Notes: generated by a model from the letters alone, not told the origin. DNA of 24,000 bases from Spirulina subsalsa CS-330 (GCF_028330765.1 NZ_JAQMTY010000079.1:20868-44867); one strand, 5' to 3'; positions 1 to 9,311 are shown, numbered from the stretch's first letter. Numbers and translations: made by a program.

Positions 1-98
1 TGAATCTCGGCTTCATGAGACAATTGAAAAATTGGGTTAATCCGCCCCAATTGTCCGAAATCACGACGAGGTGTTTTGTGGGGGGGCGATCGCTAACC

Positions 99-755
99 CT
101 AGTCACGGTCAATCATCCAATCTTGCAGGGCATCCACCCCCAACCCAGCCCGCACCATGTGGGGGGTATCGGTGGTGAGATCGAGAATCGTGGAACTCTT
201 AAACCCCAGTTCAACCCCCGTATCGATGATGATATCCACCACCGGATCAAGGGCATCAAACAAGCGCATCCGTTCAATCCCTAGGGTGGGTAATGTCCCG
301 TCCTCATCCGCTGGTACATAGGCAGAGGTGGAAACCACTGGGTTTCCGAGGGCCGCTAAAATCGCCTGACAGACGGGTTGATTCGGGACACGAATGCCCG
401 TGGTTTTCCGTTTGGGATTCATCACCACGCGGGGTACGAGTTTCGTAGCGGGTAAGAGAAAGGTATAGGGCCCCGGAATTAAACCGCGCATGATTCGATA
501 GGCTTGATCAGCAACAAGGGCATATTCAGCAATGTTGGACAGGGATGAACAGAGGAAGGTTAAGGGTTTATCGTTGGCCATCCGTTTTAGCTGTCGCACT
601 CGCTTCACGGCGGCGGGGGCATTGAGGTCACACCCGATCGCATAAACAGTATCGGTGGGATACAACATCACAGCCCCTCCCCGCAACGCTCGAACTATGG
701 ACTCTATTCGGTCAGTTTGCGGATTATCCGGATGGATTGAATACAGAATCGCCAT
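99..755 (-). CDS. yciO: YrdC/Sua5-family protein, YciO-like (L-threonylcarbamoyladenylate synthase family)
   Basis: The translation from the internal Met (MAILYSIHPDNPQ...LYPTDTVYAIGCDL...KRKTTGIRVP...STILDLT) aligns along its length with my recollection of E. coli YciO and the YrdC fold. The ORF track extends to 806, but that 17-aa N-terminal extension looks non-native, so ATG 755 is preferred. Confidence 0.75.
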   Translation of the reverse strand: MAILYSIHPDNPQTDRIESIVRALRGGAVMLYPTDTVYAIGCDLNAPAAVKRVRQLKRMANDKPLTFLCSSLSNIAEYALVADQAYRIMRGLIPGPYTFLLPATKLVPRVVMNPKRKTTGIRVPNQPVCQAILAALGNPVVSTSAYVPADEDGTLPTLGIERMRLFDALDPVVDIIIDTGVELGFKSSTILDLTTDTPHMVRAGLGVDALQDWMIDRD

Positions 756-848
756 AACGTAGAAATTGAAACATTCAACAATGAACCCCAGACCCGCCAC
801 CCCCACAGGTTAAGCTGATATTTACGGCTTAGAGAGGTAGGGTGAACA

Positions 849-2063
849 ATGACCAAAATCGCCTATTTTGATTGTCCGACGGGGATTGCGGGCGATATGT
901 GTTTGGGAGCATTGGTGGATCTCGGCGTTCCCCTAGAGTACTTGATTGATCAGCTTCATGGGCTAGGGATGGCGGGGGAGTATCGGCTGCGATCGCACCC
1001 CATCACCCACCACGGCCAACAGGGGACGAAAGTCCATGTGGACCTCCAGAAATCCGACCATCCCCCCCATCGCCATCTCCCCGAAATCACTGCCCTCATC
1101 CAGGGCGCAAAACTGCCCCGCCAAGCCCGTGATTGGTCGCTCCAGGTGTTTGAACAGTTGGCGATCGCCGAAGGAGCCGTCCACGGCATCCCCCCGGAAA
1201 CCGTCCATTTCCATGAAGTGGGCGCAGTGGATGCGATCGTCGATATCGTCGGCACTTGTATCGGCCTCGATTGGCTCGGTGTCAGTCGGGTCTATTGTTC
1301 CGCCCTCCCCACCGGCAGCGGCACGGTCAAGGCCGCCCATGGTCGTCTCCCCGTGCCCGTCCCCGCTGTGCTGAAACTGTGGGAAACGCGCCACGTCCCG
1401 ATCTACAGTAATGATCTGGAGGGCGAACTCGTCACCCCCACGGGAGCGGCGTTGATGGTCACCTTAGCCCAAAATTTTGGCACTGTACCGCCCATGCAAA
1501 TCCAGAAAACCGGCTGGGGTGCGGGGACGAAGGCCTTGCCGCTGCCGAATATGGTGCGCGTGTGGATTGGCACACCCACCGCTGCCGCTGAGACCGGGGC
1601 CACCGATCCCAACGCTGACGACCTCGAAACGGTGATCGTCCTCGAAACCCAGATTGACGATGCCTCACCCCAAGCGATCGCCTATGCCCAAGCCCAACTG
1701 TTCACCGCCGGGGCCCTCGATGTGTTCACCCAAGGCATTCAAATGAAAAAATCTCGCCTTGGCACGCTGATCACCGTCATCTGTCCCCCCGCTGCCGTGG
1801 CCGCCTGTGAAGCGGTGCTCTTTCAAGAAACGCCCACCCTGGGGATTCGGCGATCGCCCCAACGCCGCCGCATCCTTGCCCGCCGCTTCCACACCGTCAC
1901 CACCCCCTACGGTGATGTCACCCTGAAAATTGCCTCCCAGGGCGATCGCATCCTCAACATCCAACCGGAATACGAAGACTGCGCCACCCACGCCCAAGCC
2001 CACGGCATCCCCTGGCACACCGTCCACCAAGCCGCCCTCACCGCCTGGGAGCAACACCAATGA
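849..2063 (+). CDS. larC: LarC-family nickel insertion protein (DUF111; nickel-pincer cofactor biosynthesis)
   Basis: 404 aa. N-terminus [28 protein letters not shown] and [16 protein letters not shown] are characteristic LarC/DUF111 motifs, and the length is typical. Confidence 0.8.
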   Translation: MTKIAYFDCPTGIAGDMCLGALVDLGVPLEYLIDQLHGLGMAGEYRLRSHPITHHGQQGTKVHVDLQKSDHPPHRHLPEITALIQGAKLPRQARDWSLQVFEQLAIAEGAVHGIPPETVHFHEVGAVDAIVDIVGTCIGLDWLGVSRVYCSALPTGSGTVKAAHGRLPVPVPAVLKLWETRHVPIYSNDLEGELVTPTGAALMVTLAQNFGTVPPMQIQKTGWGAGTKALPLPNMVRVWIGTPTAAAETGATDPNADDLETVIVLETQIDDASPQAIAYAQAQLFTAGALDVFTQGIQMKKSRLGTLITVICPPAAVAACEAVLFQETPTLGIRRSPQRRRILARRFHTVTTPYGDVTLKIASQGDRILNIQPEYEDCATHAQAHGIPWHTVHQAALTAWEQHQ

Positions 2064-2166
2064 ATCCCCCGCCCCATACAATCAATCCTGATCCCCGATA
2101 ATTGATCCTGATCCTGAATCGTCGCCAATCGCCTAGGGGCGCGATTCCCTACCCACCCCCAACCCG

Positions 2167-3417
2167 ATGACCTTAAATCCACCCACTCAAGCCAAAACGC
2201 GATCGTGGACTCAAGCCTTTCGCTACCTGATCCCCTTCCTGGATGGGGATGTGGCCCATTGGTCGATGGAAGCGCGATTGCTGCGGTGGTTAACGTTTCT
2301 TTGGTTATTTTTGGGGTTGATGGTGCTGTTTTCCGCCTCCTTCCCGGTGGCCGATGCGGAATATGGCGATGGGCTGTATTACTTCAAGCGTCAATTGGTA
2401 TGGATTGCCTTGGGGATGGTGGGGTTTAGTGTGGTGGTGCGATCGCCCATCCGCCGCCTCCTCAATCTGGCCCGCTGGCTGATGCCCTTTTTTGTCTTTC
2501 TCATTGTCATCACCCTCATTCCCGGCATCGGCACCACCGTCAACGGAGCCACCCGCTGGCTCACCCTCTTCTTCATTCCCCTCCAACCCTCAGAACTGAT
2601 CAAACCCGTTCTCATTTTGCAAAGTGCCTCGATCTTCGGTCGCTGGCCAAAATTGCCGTGGATTGTGCGGGGCATCTGGTTGAGCATTTTTGCCATCATG
2701 CTAGGGGCGATTCTCCTCCAACCCAACCTCAGCACCGCCGCCCTCTGTGGCATGAGTCTCTGGCTGATGGCGTTGGCTGCGGGCCTGCCCTGGCTTGCGC
2801 TCTGGGGAACGGCTGGCTCTGGTTTAGTCTTGGGACTCTTCAGTATTGGCATCCAAGACTACCAACGCCGCCGGGTGATCTCGTTCCTCAATCCCTGGGC
2901 TGACCCGATGCAGGACGGCTATCAACTGATTCAAAGTCTTTTGGCGGTGGGGTCGGGGGGCCTGTGGGGATCGGGGTATGGCCTGTCGCAACAAAAATTA
3001 TTCTACTTGCCCATTCAATACACAGACTTTATTTTTGCGGTTTTCGCCGAAGAATTTGGCCTCGTGGGCGGGATCTTGCTGCTGCTCCTCTTGGGCTGCT
3101 ATGCGACGCTGGCGGTGTGGGTGGCGCTGAAGTCTCGCTATGCAGTGCATCAACTGATTGCGATGGGGGCGATGATTTTTCTGGTGGGGCAGGCGTTGGT
3201 TAATATTGCGGTGGCTACGGGGATGCTGCCGACCACGGGGCTACCGTTGCCGTTCTTTAGCTATGGGGGCAGTTCGGTGATTGCGAGTTTAGCGATCGCG
3301 GGCCTCCTGATCCGTGTCGCCCGCGAAAGCACCGTTGCCGAAGTGGTGTCCCTCCAGGGCCGCCGCACCAAGCCCCATTCCACCCCCCCGAATCCCACCC
3401 CACCCGAAAACCCTTAA
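2167..3417 (+). CDS. ftsW: SEDS-family cell division/elongation protein (FtsW/RodA/SpoVE), FtsW-like
   Basis: 416 aa polytopic membrane protein. SEDS signatures are present: RWLTLFFIPLQPSELIKP, FIFAVFAEEFGLVGG and GLPLPFFSYGGSS. The choice of FtsW over RodA rests only on the N-terminal region (YYFKRQ). Confidence 0.8.
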   Translation: MTLNPPTQAKTRSWTQAFRYLIPFLDGDVAHWSMEARLLRWLTFLWLFLGLMVLFSASFPVADAEYGDGLYYFKRQLVWIALGMVGFSVVVRSPIRRLLNLARWLMPFFVFLIVITLIPGIGTTVNGATRWLTLFFIPLQPSELIKPVLILQSASIFGRWPKLPWIVRGIWLSIFAIMLGAILLQPNLSTAALCGMSLWLMALAAGLPWLALWGTAGSGLVLGLFSIGIQDYQRRRVISFLNPWADPMQDGYQLIQSLLAVGSGGLWGSGYGLSQQKLFYLPIQYTDFIFAVFAEEFGLVGGILLLLLLGCYATLAVWVALKSRYAVHQLIAMGAMIFLVGQALVNIAVATGMLPTTGLPLPFFSYGGSSVIASLAIAGLLIRVARESTVAEVVSLQGRRTKPHSTPPNPTPPENP

Positions 3418-3457
3418 AGCAGGGTGGTACACTGGGCTATGGGCTGATGGCCCTCTG

Positions 3458-4246
3458 TTGATTCAACTCTGCGGACTAAAATCTGTGGCTTCGCTTCGTT
3501 CTTCTCGCTCACCGGCTTGGCAACGCTTCACCCTAACCCTGCTTGCTCAGGGGGTGCGCCTTTGGCGTGATCCCCAAACTCGACGCTTGGGTCAATGGGG
3601 GGTCGGCACGGGGGGCGCGATCGCACTTTGCCTGTGGAATTGGCAACTCGTCCTCTCCACCAGTGCCGGAGTCGGGGCGATGCTCTCGGTCTATTGGCTA
3701 CAAACGGGCCAATGGCGGAAATATTGGGCCACGGTGCAGCGGGTGCTAGATGGCCCGCAACAGCCCCTTGTGATTGCGGTGGCCAGTGGGGGCGGCATGG
3801 CGATCGCCACCTATCTCGCCAGCACCCTCTGGCTCACCACCGAAAACCATTGGCTCGCCACCAGTGAAATTCTCCAAAGCATCGGCATCATCGCCATTCT
3901 CGGCCTACTGATCAGCCAGTTTCTCCACCAACACCGCCACCACCTCAACCACCGCTACGATCGCCTCGTCTGGGCCCTCAGCCATCCCAACCCGATTAAA
4001 CGCCTCTTCGCCGTCCGCAAACTGAGCCAAGCCTACCCCCGCTACAGCCGCAGCCAACGGGCACACCTGCGCGAATATTTCCTCCTCTCCCTCAGCCAGG
4101 AAGACCATCCCCGCGTCCAGCACGCCCTCGTCGCCACCCTCAACCACATCGATCCCGCCCTCCTCTCCCACACCGACCGCCAACCCCTCCACCTCCCCCT
4201 CCACCTCAAACACCCCATCCCCGAACCCCACTGGGTCGAACGATAA
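3458..4246 (+). CDS. Hypothetical membrane protein (start uncertain)
   Basis: The open frame runs 3314-4246, but its first ~35 codons overlap the ftsW 3' end and contain no Met. Likely starts are TTG 3458 or GTG 3485. It has predicted TM segments (GAIALCLWNWQLVLSTSAGVGAMLSVYW; MAIATYLASTLWL; IGIIAILGLLISQF) and no recognisable family. Confidence 0.45.
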   Translation: MIQLCGLKSVASLRSSRSPAWQRFTLTLLAQGVRLWRDPQTRRLGQWGVGTGGAIALCLWNWQLVLSTSAGVGAMLSVYWLQTGQWRKYWATVQRVLDGPQQPLVIAVASGGGMAIATYLASTLWLTTENHWLATSEILQSIGIIAILGLLISQFLHQHRHHLNHRYDRLVWALSHPNPIKRLFAVRKLSQAYPRYSRSQRAHLREYFLLSLSQEDHPRVQHALVATLNHIDPALLSHTDRQPLHLPLHLKHPIPEPHWVER

Positions 4247-4248
4247 GC

Positions 4249-4277
4249 AAAAACCCCTCATCCAGCGGGCGAGGGGT
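4249..4277 (-). terminator. Candidate rho-independent terminator downstream of msrA
   Basis: The stem acccctc (4253-4259) pairs with gaggggt (4271-4277) across an 11-nt loop. On the minus strand it is followed by a short T run (the complement of aaaa at 4249-4252). Confidence 0.4.
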
Positions 4278-4369
4278 CAATTCAGTAGGGTGGGTTAGGC
4301 GGCTTAAACTCCTGATATCACTGCCATTTAGCAATCCGCCGTAACCCACCGATTCAGAGGTGTGTGACC

Positions 4370-5032
4370 CTACTCTTGAGTTTGCAGCAAACCAATAGGG
4401 CATTCTAACCCTGTCCCCCCCAGGCCACAGTAGCCGTTGGGATTCTTCGCCAGGTATTGCTGGTGATAGTCTTCGGCGTAGTAGAATTCCGGCGCGTCTA
4501 GAATTTCTGTGGTGATTTCACCATAGTTCGCGGCTTGGATCACCGCTTGATAGGCTTGCTTGGAGGCGATCGCCGCCTGCTGCTGTGCCTCAGAATAGGT
4601 GTAAATCCCGGAGCGGTATTGCGTGCCCGTATCATTCCCTTGGCGCATCCCTTGGGTCGGATTGTGGCTTTCCCAAAACACCTTAAGCAGCATTTCGTAG
4701 GGGATCACCTGGGGATCGTAGACCACCAGCACCACCTCGTTATGCCCCGTTTGCCCAGTACAGACTTCCTGATAGGTCGGATTGGGGGTTAAGCCCGCCC
4801 CATAGCCCACCGCTGTGGAATATACGCCCTCTAACTGCCAAAACTTCCGTTCCGCACCCCAAAAACACCCCAGCCCAAACATCGCCAATTCCATCCCTTC
4901 CGGAAACGGAGCTTTGAGGGGATGACCGTTAACAAAATGTTGTTTCGGAACCGGCATCGCTTGGGAGCGTCCCGGTAAGGCTTCGCCGGGGGCCGGCAAG
5001 GTTAATTTTTTACCAAAACCAAATAAACCCAT
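4370..5032 (-). CDS. msrA: Peptide-methionine (S)-S-oxide reductase MsrA
   Basis: 220 aa with the catalytic motif GLGCFWGAE. The N-terminus ([22 protein letters not shown]) and the remainder are collinear with E. coli MsrA as I recall it. Confidence 0.93.
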   Translation of the reverse strand: MGLFGFGKKLTLPAPGEALPGRSQAMPVPKQHFVNGHPLKAPFPEGMELAMFGLGCFWGAERKFWQLEGVYSTAVGYGAGLTPNPTYQEVCTGQTGHNEVVLVVYDPQVIPYEMLLKVFWESHNPTQGMRQGNDTGTQYRSGIYTYSEAQQQAAIASKQAYQAVIQAANYGEITTEILDAPEFYYAEDYHQQYLAKNPNGYCGLGGTGLECPIGLLQTQE

Positions 5033-5357
5033 AGTGTAAAAATATTGGCCGCAGCCATCACGATGTACATCTATACAGTCTAGCGATCCTCCCCAAGAAG
5101 GTTAGGGAATTGCGGCGCGATCGCACCCCCCAATCCAGACCTGGGATCAATTGTTACGGTTTATTGACGCAATGATCCCCGCCATGCCCATCCTCTCGTG
5201 TGCTGGGAATGAATTCATGCCATCCGCCCCTTGACCCTAGAGGATTAGGCTTCTTAGATATAGGCAAGCGATCGCGCCGGCTGTCTGAAGATGCGATACC
5301 TTCTGTTCATCCAAATGCTTTTTTGATAGCAACCCTGATAACAAACAAAACGTACCG

Positions 5358-7331
5358 ATGGCCGAACAACGCCAATCCTTAGAAGAACTTACCTTGCGGC
5401 AACTGCGTAAAGTTGCCAGTGACTATAACATCTCTCGATACAGCAGAATGCGGAAATCGCAACTTCTCGCTGCTATCCAAGCGATTGAAATTGAACGCCT
5501 AGCTCCCCCCCTTTCATCTTCCGTTAACTTAGCGAGTCAACCAACCGAGGAAAAAACAGCAGTGGAAGCATCAAAGTTTGAAGTGGGTCAATACGACGAA
5601 GCCCTCCCGGATTTAGCTTCTGTGGATGCAGACTTACCCGACTTACCCAGTGGCTATGGTGAGAGTTGCATTGTGTTAATGCCTCGTGATCCCCAATGGT
5701 GTTACACCTATTGGGATATCCCCAACGACCAGAAAGAAAGCCTCCGTCGTCAGGGTGGACAACAACTCGCCCTCCGCATTTACGACGTTACCAACATCAA
5801 TCTCAACGACCAAAACCCTCAAAATACCCAAGAATACCCCTGCGATGAACTGGCCCGCGAGTGGTATTTACCGATTCCGATCAGCGATCGCGACTACATG
5901 GTCGAAATCGGCTATCGCTGCATGGATGGCCGTTGGCTCAGCCTCGCCCGTTCCGGCATCGTGCGCGTCCCCCCCGTCTACCCCTCCGACTGGATCGAAG
6001 ACCGCTTCATGACCGTAGAATGGGAACAAGAACTCGCCGGAAAATCCATCCATCACTTCGAGCAAATGGGCGGCGAAAGCATTGAAGACGAAATTCGCCG
6101 CCGGATGCGCGAACTCGAAGAAGTCGCCGCCACCAAACGCCAAGCCGGTTCCATGTTCCGCGCCGAAGAAAGCCTCAGCTCCTACATCTTCCCCTCTGGG
6201 ATCGGTCAATGGGCCTCTGGTGCTGGCATGTCCGGAGCAGGTTTAACCATGTCCGGTGCGGGGATGTCTGGGGCAGGCTTAACTATGTCCGGTGCTGGCA
6301 TGTCCGGTGTGGGTTTAACTATGTCCGGTGCTGGCATGTCCGGTGCAGGCATATCCGGTGCAGGCTTAACCATGTCCGGTGCAGGTGTTTCCGGTGCAGG
6401 GATAATGTCTGGTTATGGCATGGGTGAAACCCTCGTCTCCGGCATGGGCATGATGTCTGGCATGGGCATGATGTCCGGTTATGGCATGGGCGAAACCCTC
6501 GTATCCGGTATGGGCATGATGTCCGGGGCAGGCTTAACGATGTCCGGTATGGGCTTAACCGCTTCGGGTGCGGGCTTAACCATGTCCGGTTACGGAATGT
6601 CCGGCTTCGGCATGGGTGAAACCCTCGTCTCCGGCATGGGCATGATGTCCGGTTATGGCATGGGCGAAACCCTTGTCTCCGGCATGGGCATGATGTCTGG
6701 CGCAGGTTTAACGATGTCTGGCATGGGCTTCACCGCTTCGGGTGCGGGCTTAACGATGTCTGGTTATGGGATGTCCGGCTACGGGATGTCTGGCATGGGC
6801 ATGATGTCTGGGGCAGGCTTAACCGCTTCTGGATCTGGTATGGGCATGATGTCTGGTTATGGGATGTCCGGCTACGGGATGTCCGGCATGGGCATGATGT
6901 CTGGGGCAGGTTTAACCGCTTCTGGGTCTGGTATGGGCATGATGTCTGGGGCAGGTTTAACGATGTCCGGGGCTGGCCTCAGTGGCTTAACCATGTCCGG
7001 TTACAACATGTCCGGCGTTGGTTTTTCCGCCTCTGCCCCGCCGATTCGCCCCCGCAAATTCTGGCTTGTGGCCGATGCTGAATTGATCGTCTACGGCGCA
7101 ACGGAACCCGATGCCACCGTCACCATTGGCGGTCGTCCGATTAAGCTCAACGAAGACGGAACATTCCGGTTCCAAATGTCCTTCCAAGATGGCCAACTGG
7201 ACTACCCGATCATGGCGGTGGCCTCCGATGGTGAACAAACCCGTGCGATCCACATGGAATTTGAACGCCAAACGCCATCCCGCCACACCAATACACGGGA
7301 AGAGGCAACCCTAGAATGGTTCGACGCTTAA
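5358..7331 (+). CDS. Rho_N-domain / DUF4912-like protein with a long Met/Gly/Ser-rich repeat region
   Basis: 657 aa. The N-terminus LTLRQLRKVASDYNISRYSRMRKSQLLAAIQ resembles the Rho termination factor N-terminal (SAP-like) domain. CIVLMPRDPQWCYTYWDIP...LALRIYDVT resembles DUF4912. A C-terminal beta-rich module (FWLVADAELIVYGATEPDATVTIGGRPIKLNEDGTFRF) is present. The central ~270 aa is low-complexity repeat. Confidence 0.75.
   Translation: MAEQRQSLEELTLRQLRKVASDYNISRYSRMRKSQLLAAIQAIEIERLAPPLSSSVNLASQPTEEKTAVEASKFEVGQYDEALPDLASVDADLPDLPSGYGESCIVLMPRDPQWCYTYWDIPNDQKESLRRQGGQQLALRIYDVTNINLNDQNPQNTQEYPCDELAREWYLPIPISDRDYMVEIGYRCMDGRWLSLARSGIVRVPPVYPSDWIEDRFMTVEWEQELAGKSIHHFEQMGGESIEDEIRRRMRELEEVAATKRQAGSMFRAEESLSSYIFPSGIGQWASGAGMSGAGLTMSGAGMSGAGLTMSGAGMSGVGLTMSGAGMSGAGISGAGLTMSGAGVSGAGIMSGYGMGETLVSGMGMMSGMGMMSGYGMGETLVSGMGMMSGAGLTMSGMGLTASGAGLTMSGYGMSGFGMGETLVSGMGMMSGYGMGETLVSGMGMMSGAGLTMSGMGFTASGAGLTMSGYGMSGYGMSGMGMMSGAGLTASGSGMGMMSGYGMSGYGMSGMGMMSGAGLTASGSGMGMMSGAGLTMSGAGLSGLTMSGYNMSGVGFSASAPPIRPRKFWLVADAELIVYGATEPDATVTIGGRPIKLNEDGTFRFQMSFQDGQLDYPIMAVASDGEQTRAIHMEFERQTPSRHTNTREEATLEWFDA
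6217..7030 (+). repeat. In-frame nested tandem repeats (basic 21-nt unit encoding MSGAGLT; higher-order units)
   Basis: Reiterated atgtccggtgc(a/t)ggcttaac(c/t) units. Higher-order blocks recur: SGYGMGETLVSGMGMMSG x4, MGMMSGAGLTMSGMG(L/F)TASGAGLTMSGYGMSG x2, and YGMSGYGMSGMGMMSGAGLTASGSGMGMMSG x2. Confidence 0.9.
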
Positions 7332-7400
7332 CCACAATCTCTATGCCGATTAACGGACAATTGAAATAGCGCAATCGAGCAAGGCTCATGTCTTGATCTA

Positions 7401-7436
7401 TCTAGCCCTGGTTTTCACAACTGGGGCTAGATTTTT
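7401..7436 (+). terminator. Candidate rho-independent terminator of the DUF4912-like gene
   Basis: tctagccc (7401-7408) pairs with gggctaga (7424-7431), followed by ttttt (7432-7436), about 70 nt after the stop codon. Confidence 0.55.
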
Positions 7437-7590
7437 GCGATTCAGTTTCACGATCGCACCTTTTTCTCTCGTGATGCGATCGCCCCCCTTGGAACTTAAT
7501 CCCCCCCAACCACGTCCGCAATCTATAGAAAATATCGGGTTAATTCTGCCGTCACTCAATCCCTGTTGTTATCGATCGCTCCTTAAAAAA

Positions 7591-8370
7591 ATGACTATGC
7601 GTTTATCTCGCCTTTCTCTCACCGCCCTTGGCTTTTCCCTCCTCAGTACCATGGTGCTCGGTAATGCGCTCTCGGTCTCGGCCCAATCCACCAACGAGCC
7701 AGCGGCAGAGGAAGCCGATGTCGTTGTTGAGCCCGTAGACAATCCCCGCTTTTCCTGTCAATCCATGGATGCAACCCCCACCGTTGCCTACAGCCCCGTC
7801 GAACAACCCAATCAACAGTACGCCTGGGCAGCCCCCCGCAGCTTAGGCGGCGGCTGGACCGCAGAACGACGTTGTGCAGAGATTAGCCGCCGCCTCGAAG
7901 AATATCGCCCCGATGGTTTGGTGGAACTCAGCACCGGCATGGAAAACGGCTATGACACCATCTGTGTGACCACCGAGGATGATCCCACCTGTCGCATCGT
8001 CTTAACTGTTCCCCCCGGTCAAGACCCAATCGCCACCCGCGACAGCGTGTTCAATAACCTCACCCTCGCCAACAGCGGCCAACAAACCCAAGGCGTTCCC
8101 ACACTCCAAGACCGCAACCGTCCCGGCAATATTCTCGGTGATTTGCGTCAAGTGGGCGATATTTTCGGCGTGGACTTACCCGGTGGTGGTGCAGCGAATC
8201 CCGCACCCTCCCGATCCAACTTCGGTGGCATTAACCTCCGCCCCTTCCTCGCCCCCTCCGATCGCGGCACCGGTGAACAGTTAAATCTCCGCTCCTCTGC
8301 ACCGATCCCCACCACGCCCTCCAATCGTCGCCCCGCTCCCCAGGGTTTACCGATTGATTTTGATATCTAG
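7591..8370 (+). CDS. Secreted COP23-like (circadian oscillating polypeptide 23 family) protein
   Basis: From ATG 7591 there is a signal peptide (MTMRLSRLSLTALGFSLLSTMVLGNALSVSAQS). It is followed by RFSCQ...PTVAY...WAAPRSLGGGWTAERRCAEISRRLEEY...LSTGMENGYDTICVTT...C.IVLTVPPGQDP, which fits my memory of the cyanobacterial COP23 domain pattern. The upstream part of the ORF (7393-7590) begins at TTG and looks non-coding. Confidence 0.6.
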   Translation: MTMRLSRLSLTALGFSLLSTMVLGNALSVSAQSTNEPAAEEADVVVEPVDNPRFSCQSMDATPTVAYSPVEQPNQQYAWAAPRSLGGGWTAERRCAEISRRLEEYRPDGLVELSTGMENGYDTICVTTEDDPTCRIVLTVPPGQDPIATRDSVFNNLTLANSGQQTQGVPTLQDRNRPGNILGDLRQVGDIFGVDLPGGGAANPAPSRSNFGGINLRPFLAPSDRGTGEQLNLRSSAPIPTTPSNRRPAPQGLPIDFDI

Positions 8371-8417
8371 AACGTTCCTACGGTGACAGGTTGCTTCTGT
8401 GTGTTATGTTCCCAAGT

Positions 8418-8441
8418 CCCTACGGTGTAGGGGCTTTTTTT
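8418..8441 (+). terminator. Candidate rho-independent terminator of the COP23-like gene
   Basis: ccctac (8418-8423), loop ggt, gtaggg (8427-8432), then gc and a run of 7 T (8435-8441). Confidence 0.6.
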
Positions 8442-8510
8442 GTGCTACTGCTCAAAATGGTGCAGCGTAGATCATCGGAGCAAACAGGATGATTAAGGCA
8501 GGAAGACGGT

Positions 8511-9311
8511 ATGGAAGCAGCGGTACAGGACTATCACGAGCGGGGGTTTACGGTGGTGCGGGGTCAATTCGGCGGGGCGGCGTTGGGGGCGATCGCTACG
8601 GCAACGGCGGCCTGTTTTGAAGCGATGAATGATGCGATCGCTCGCCATGGCCCAGCCCACATTCCCCTGCCCCCGTCCTACCGCTTCGACCCCTATTCCA
8701 CCGCCCTCAACCCCATCGCCCTCGAAGATTTCGGCCTCGCCTCCTTCGCCGCTACGCTCCGAGCTTGTCTCACCGCTGCCCCGGATGGGCTGGCATTGTT
8801 GGACGCGATCGGCGGTTTCACCCACTGCACCCTAACCCGCGCCACTCTCCGCCAACAATACGCCCCCCATCGCGCCCACCCGCTCCACCACCCCAACCGC
8901 TGGCATCAAGAAGGGGCCTACGGTGTGACGTTTCCACCCCAGCCCGATGCGCCGCCCCACTGCACCACACCCCCCACGCCGATGGTGACGCTGTGGCTCC
9001 CCCTCACCCCCTGCGGCATCGATGCCCCCAGCCTCGAACTCTATCCCATCCCCCAAACGCAGCTTTTCCACTATCACGCCCTCAGCGATCGCACCCTCGC
9101 CGCCCACTTCGCCCCCACCCCGCCAGAACTCTTACCCCTAGAACCGGGGGACGGGGTCTTGGTGCATTGGGGGACGTTACACCGCAGCGGGGTACGAGCC
9201 GGCATGAGGTGCGATCGCTTCAGTCTCGGCCTCCGCTGGTTCAATCCGACGCAGATCCCAAAAAGTTTAAGGGGCGATCGGTGGCTGATACGCTCAAACC
9301 TTTGGGTATGA
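8511..9311 (+). CDS. Putative Fe(II)/2-oxoglutarate oxygenase, phytanoyl-CoA dioxygenase (PhyH)-like; 3' end possibly remodelled
   Basis: The N-terminus YHERGFTVVRGQF is typical of PhyH-family proteins. Candidate metal ligands are WHQEG (HxE/D) and a distal H in GTLHRSG. The assignment is weak. The last ~28 codons lie inside the segment bracketed by the 21-bp direct repeats. Confidence 0.4.
   Translation: MEAAVQDYHERGFTVVRGQFGGAALGAIATATAACFEAMNDAIARHGPAHIPLPPSYRFDPYSTALNPIALEDFGLASFAATLRACLTAAPDGLALLDAIGGFTHCTLTRATLRQQYAPHRAHPLHHPNRWHQEGAYGVTFPPQPDAPPHCTTPPTPMVTLWLPLTPCGIDAPSLELYPIPQTQLFHYHALSDRTLAAHFAPTPPELLPLEPGDGVLVHWGTLHRSGVRAGMRCDRFSLGLRWFNPTQIPKSLRGDRWLIRSNLWV
9207..9227. repeat. 21-bp direct repeat, left copy (aggtgcgatcgcttcagtctc)
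   Basis: A perfect match to 10019-10039. It contains a HIP1 octamer and lies inside the 3' end of the PhyH-like CDS. Confidence 0.85.

Noticed and set aside
15-284. 89-aa plus-strand ORF at the left edge
   Set aside because: It lies entirely antisense to the well-supported YciO-like CDS. It has no recognisable motifs and is typical of high-GC antisense open frames.
2064-2166. Short direct repeats (tcctgatcc-like) between larC and ftsW
   Set aside because: There are only 2-3 short imperfect copies with no associated structure or ORF. This is probably chance or simple-sequence slippage.
3314-3457. N-terminal 48 codons of the 310-aa ORF overlapping ftsW
   Set aside because: The stretch contains no internal Met and overlaps the ftsW 3' end by ~100 nt in another frame. 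A downstream TTG or GTG start is more plausible, so the feature was trimmed, with acknowledged uncertainty.
6209-6427. 72-aa ORF with a striking VRCWHVRC repeat
   Set aside because: It is an alternative-frame reading of the MSGAGLT tandem repeat. The periodicity is inherited from the DNA repeat, and the Met/Gly/Ser frame is the one continuous with the flanking conserved domains.
6217-7030. Possible CRISPR array, because of the regular short repeats
   Set aside because: The units are contiguous with no unique spacers, they are degenerate, and they are in frame within a 657-aa CDS. No cas genes are nearby.
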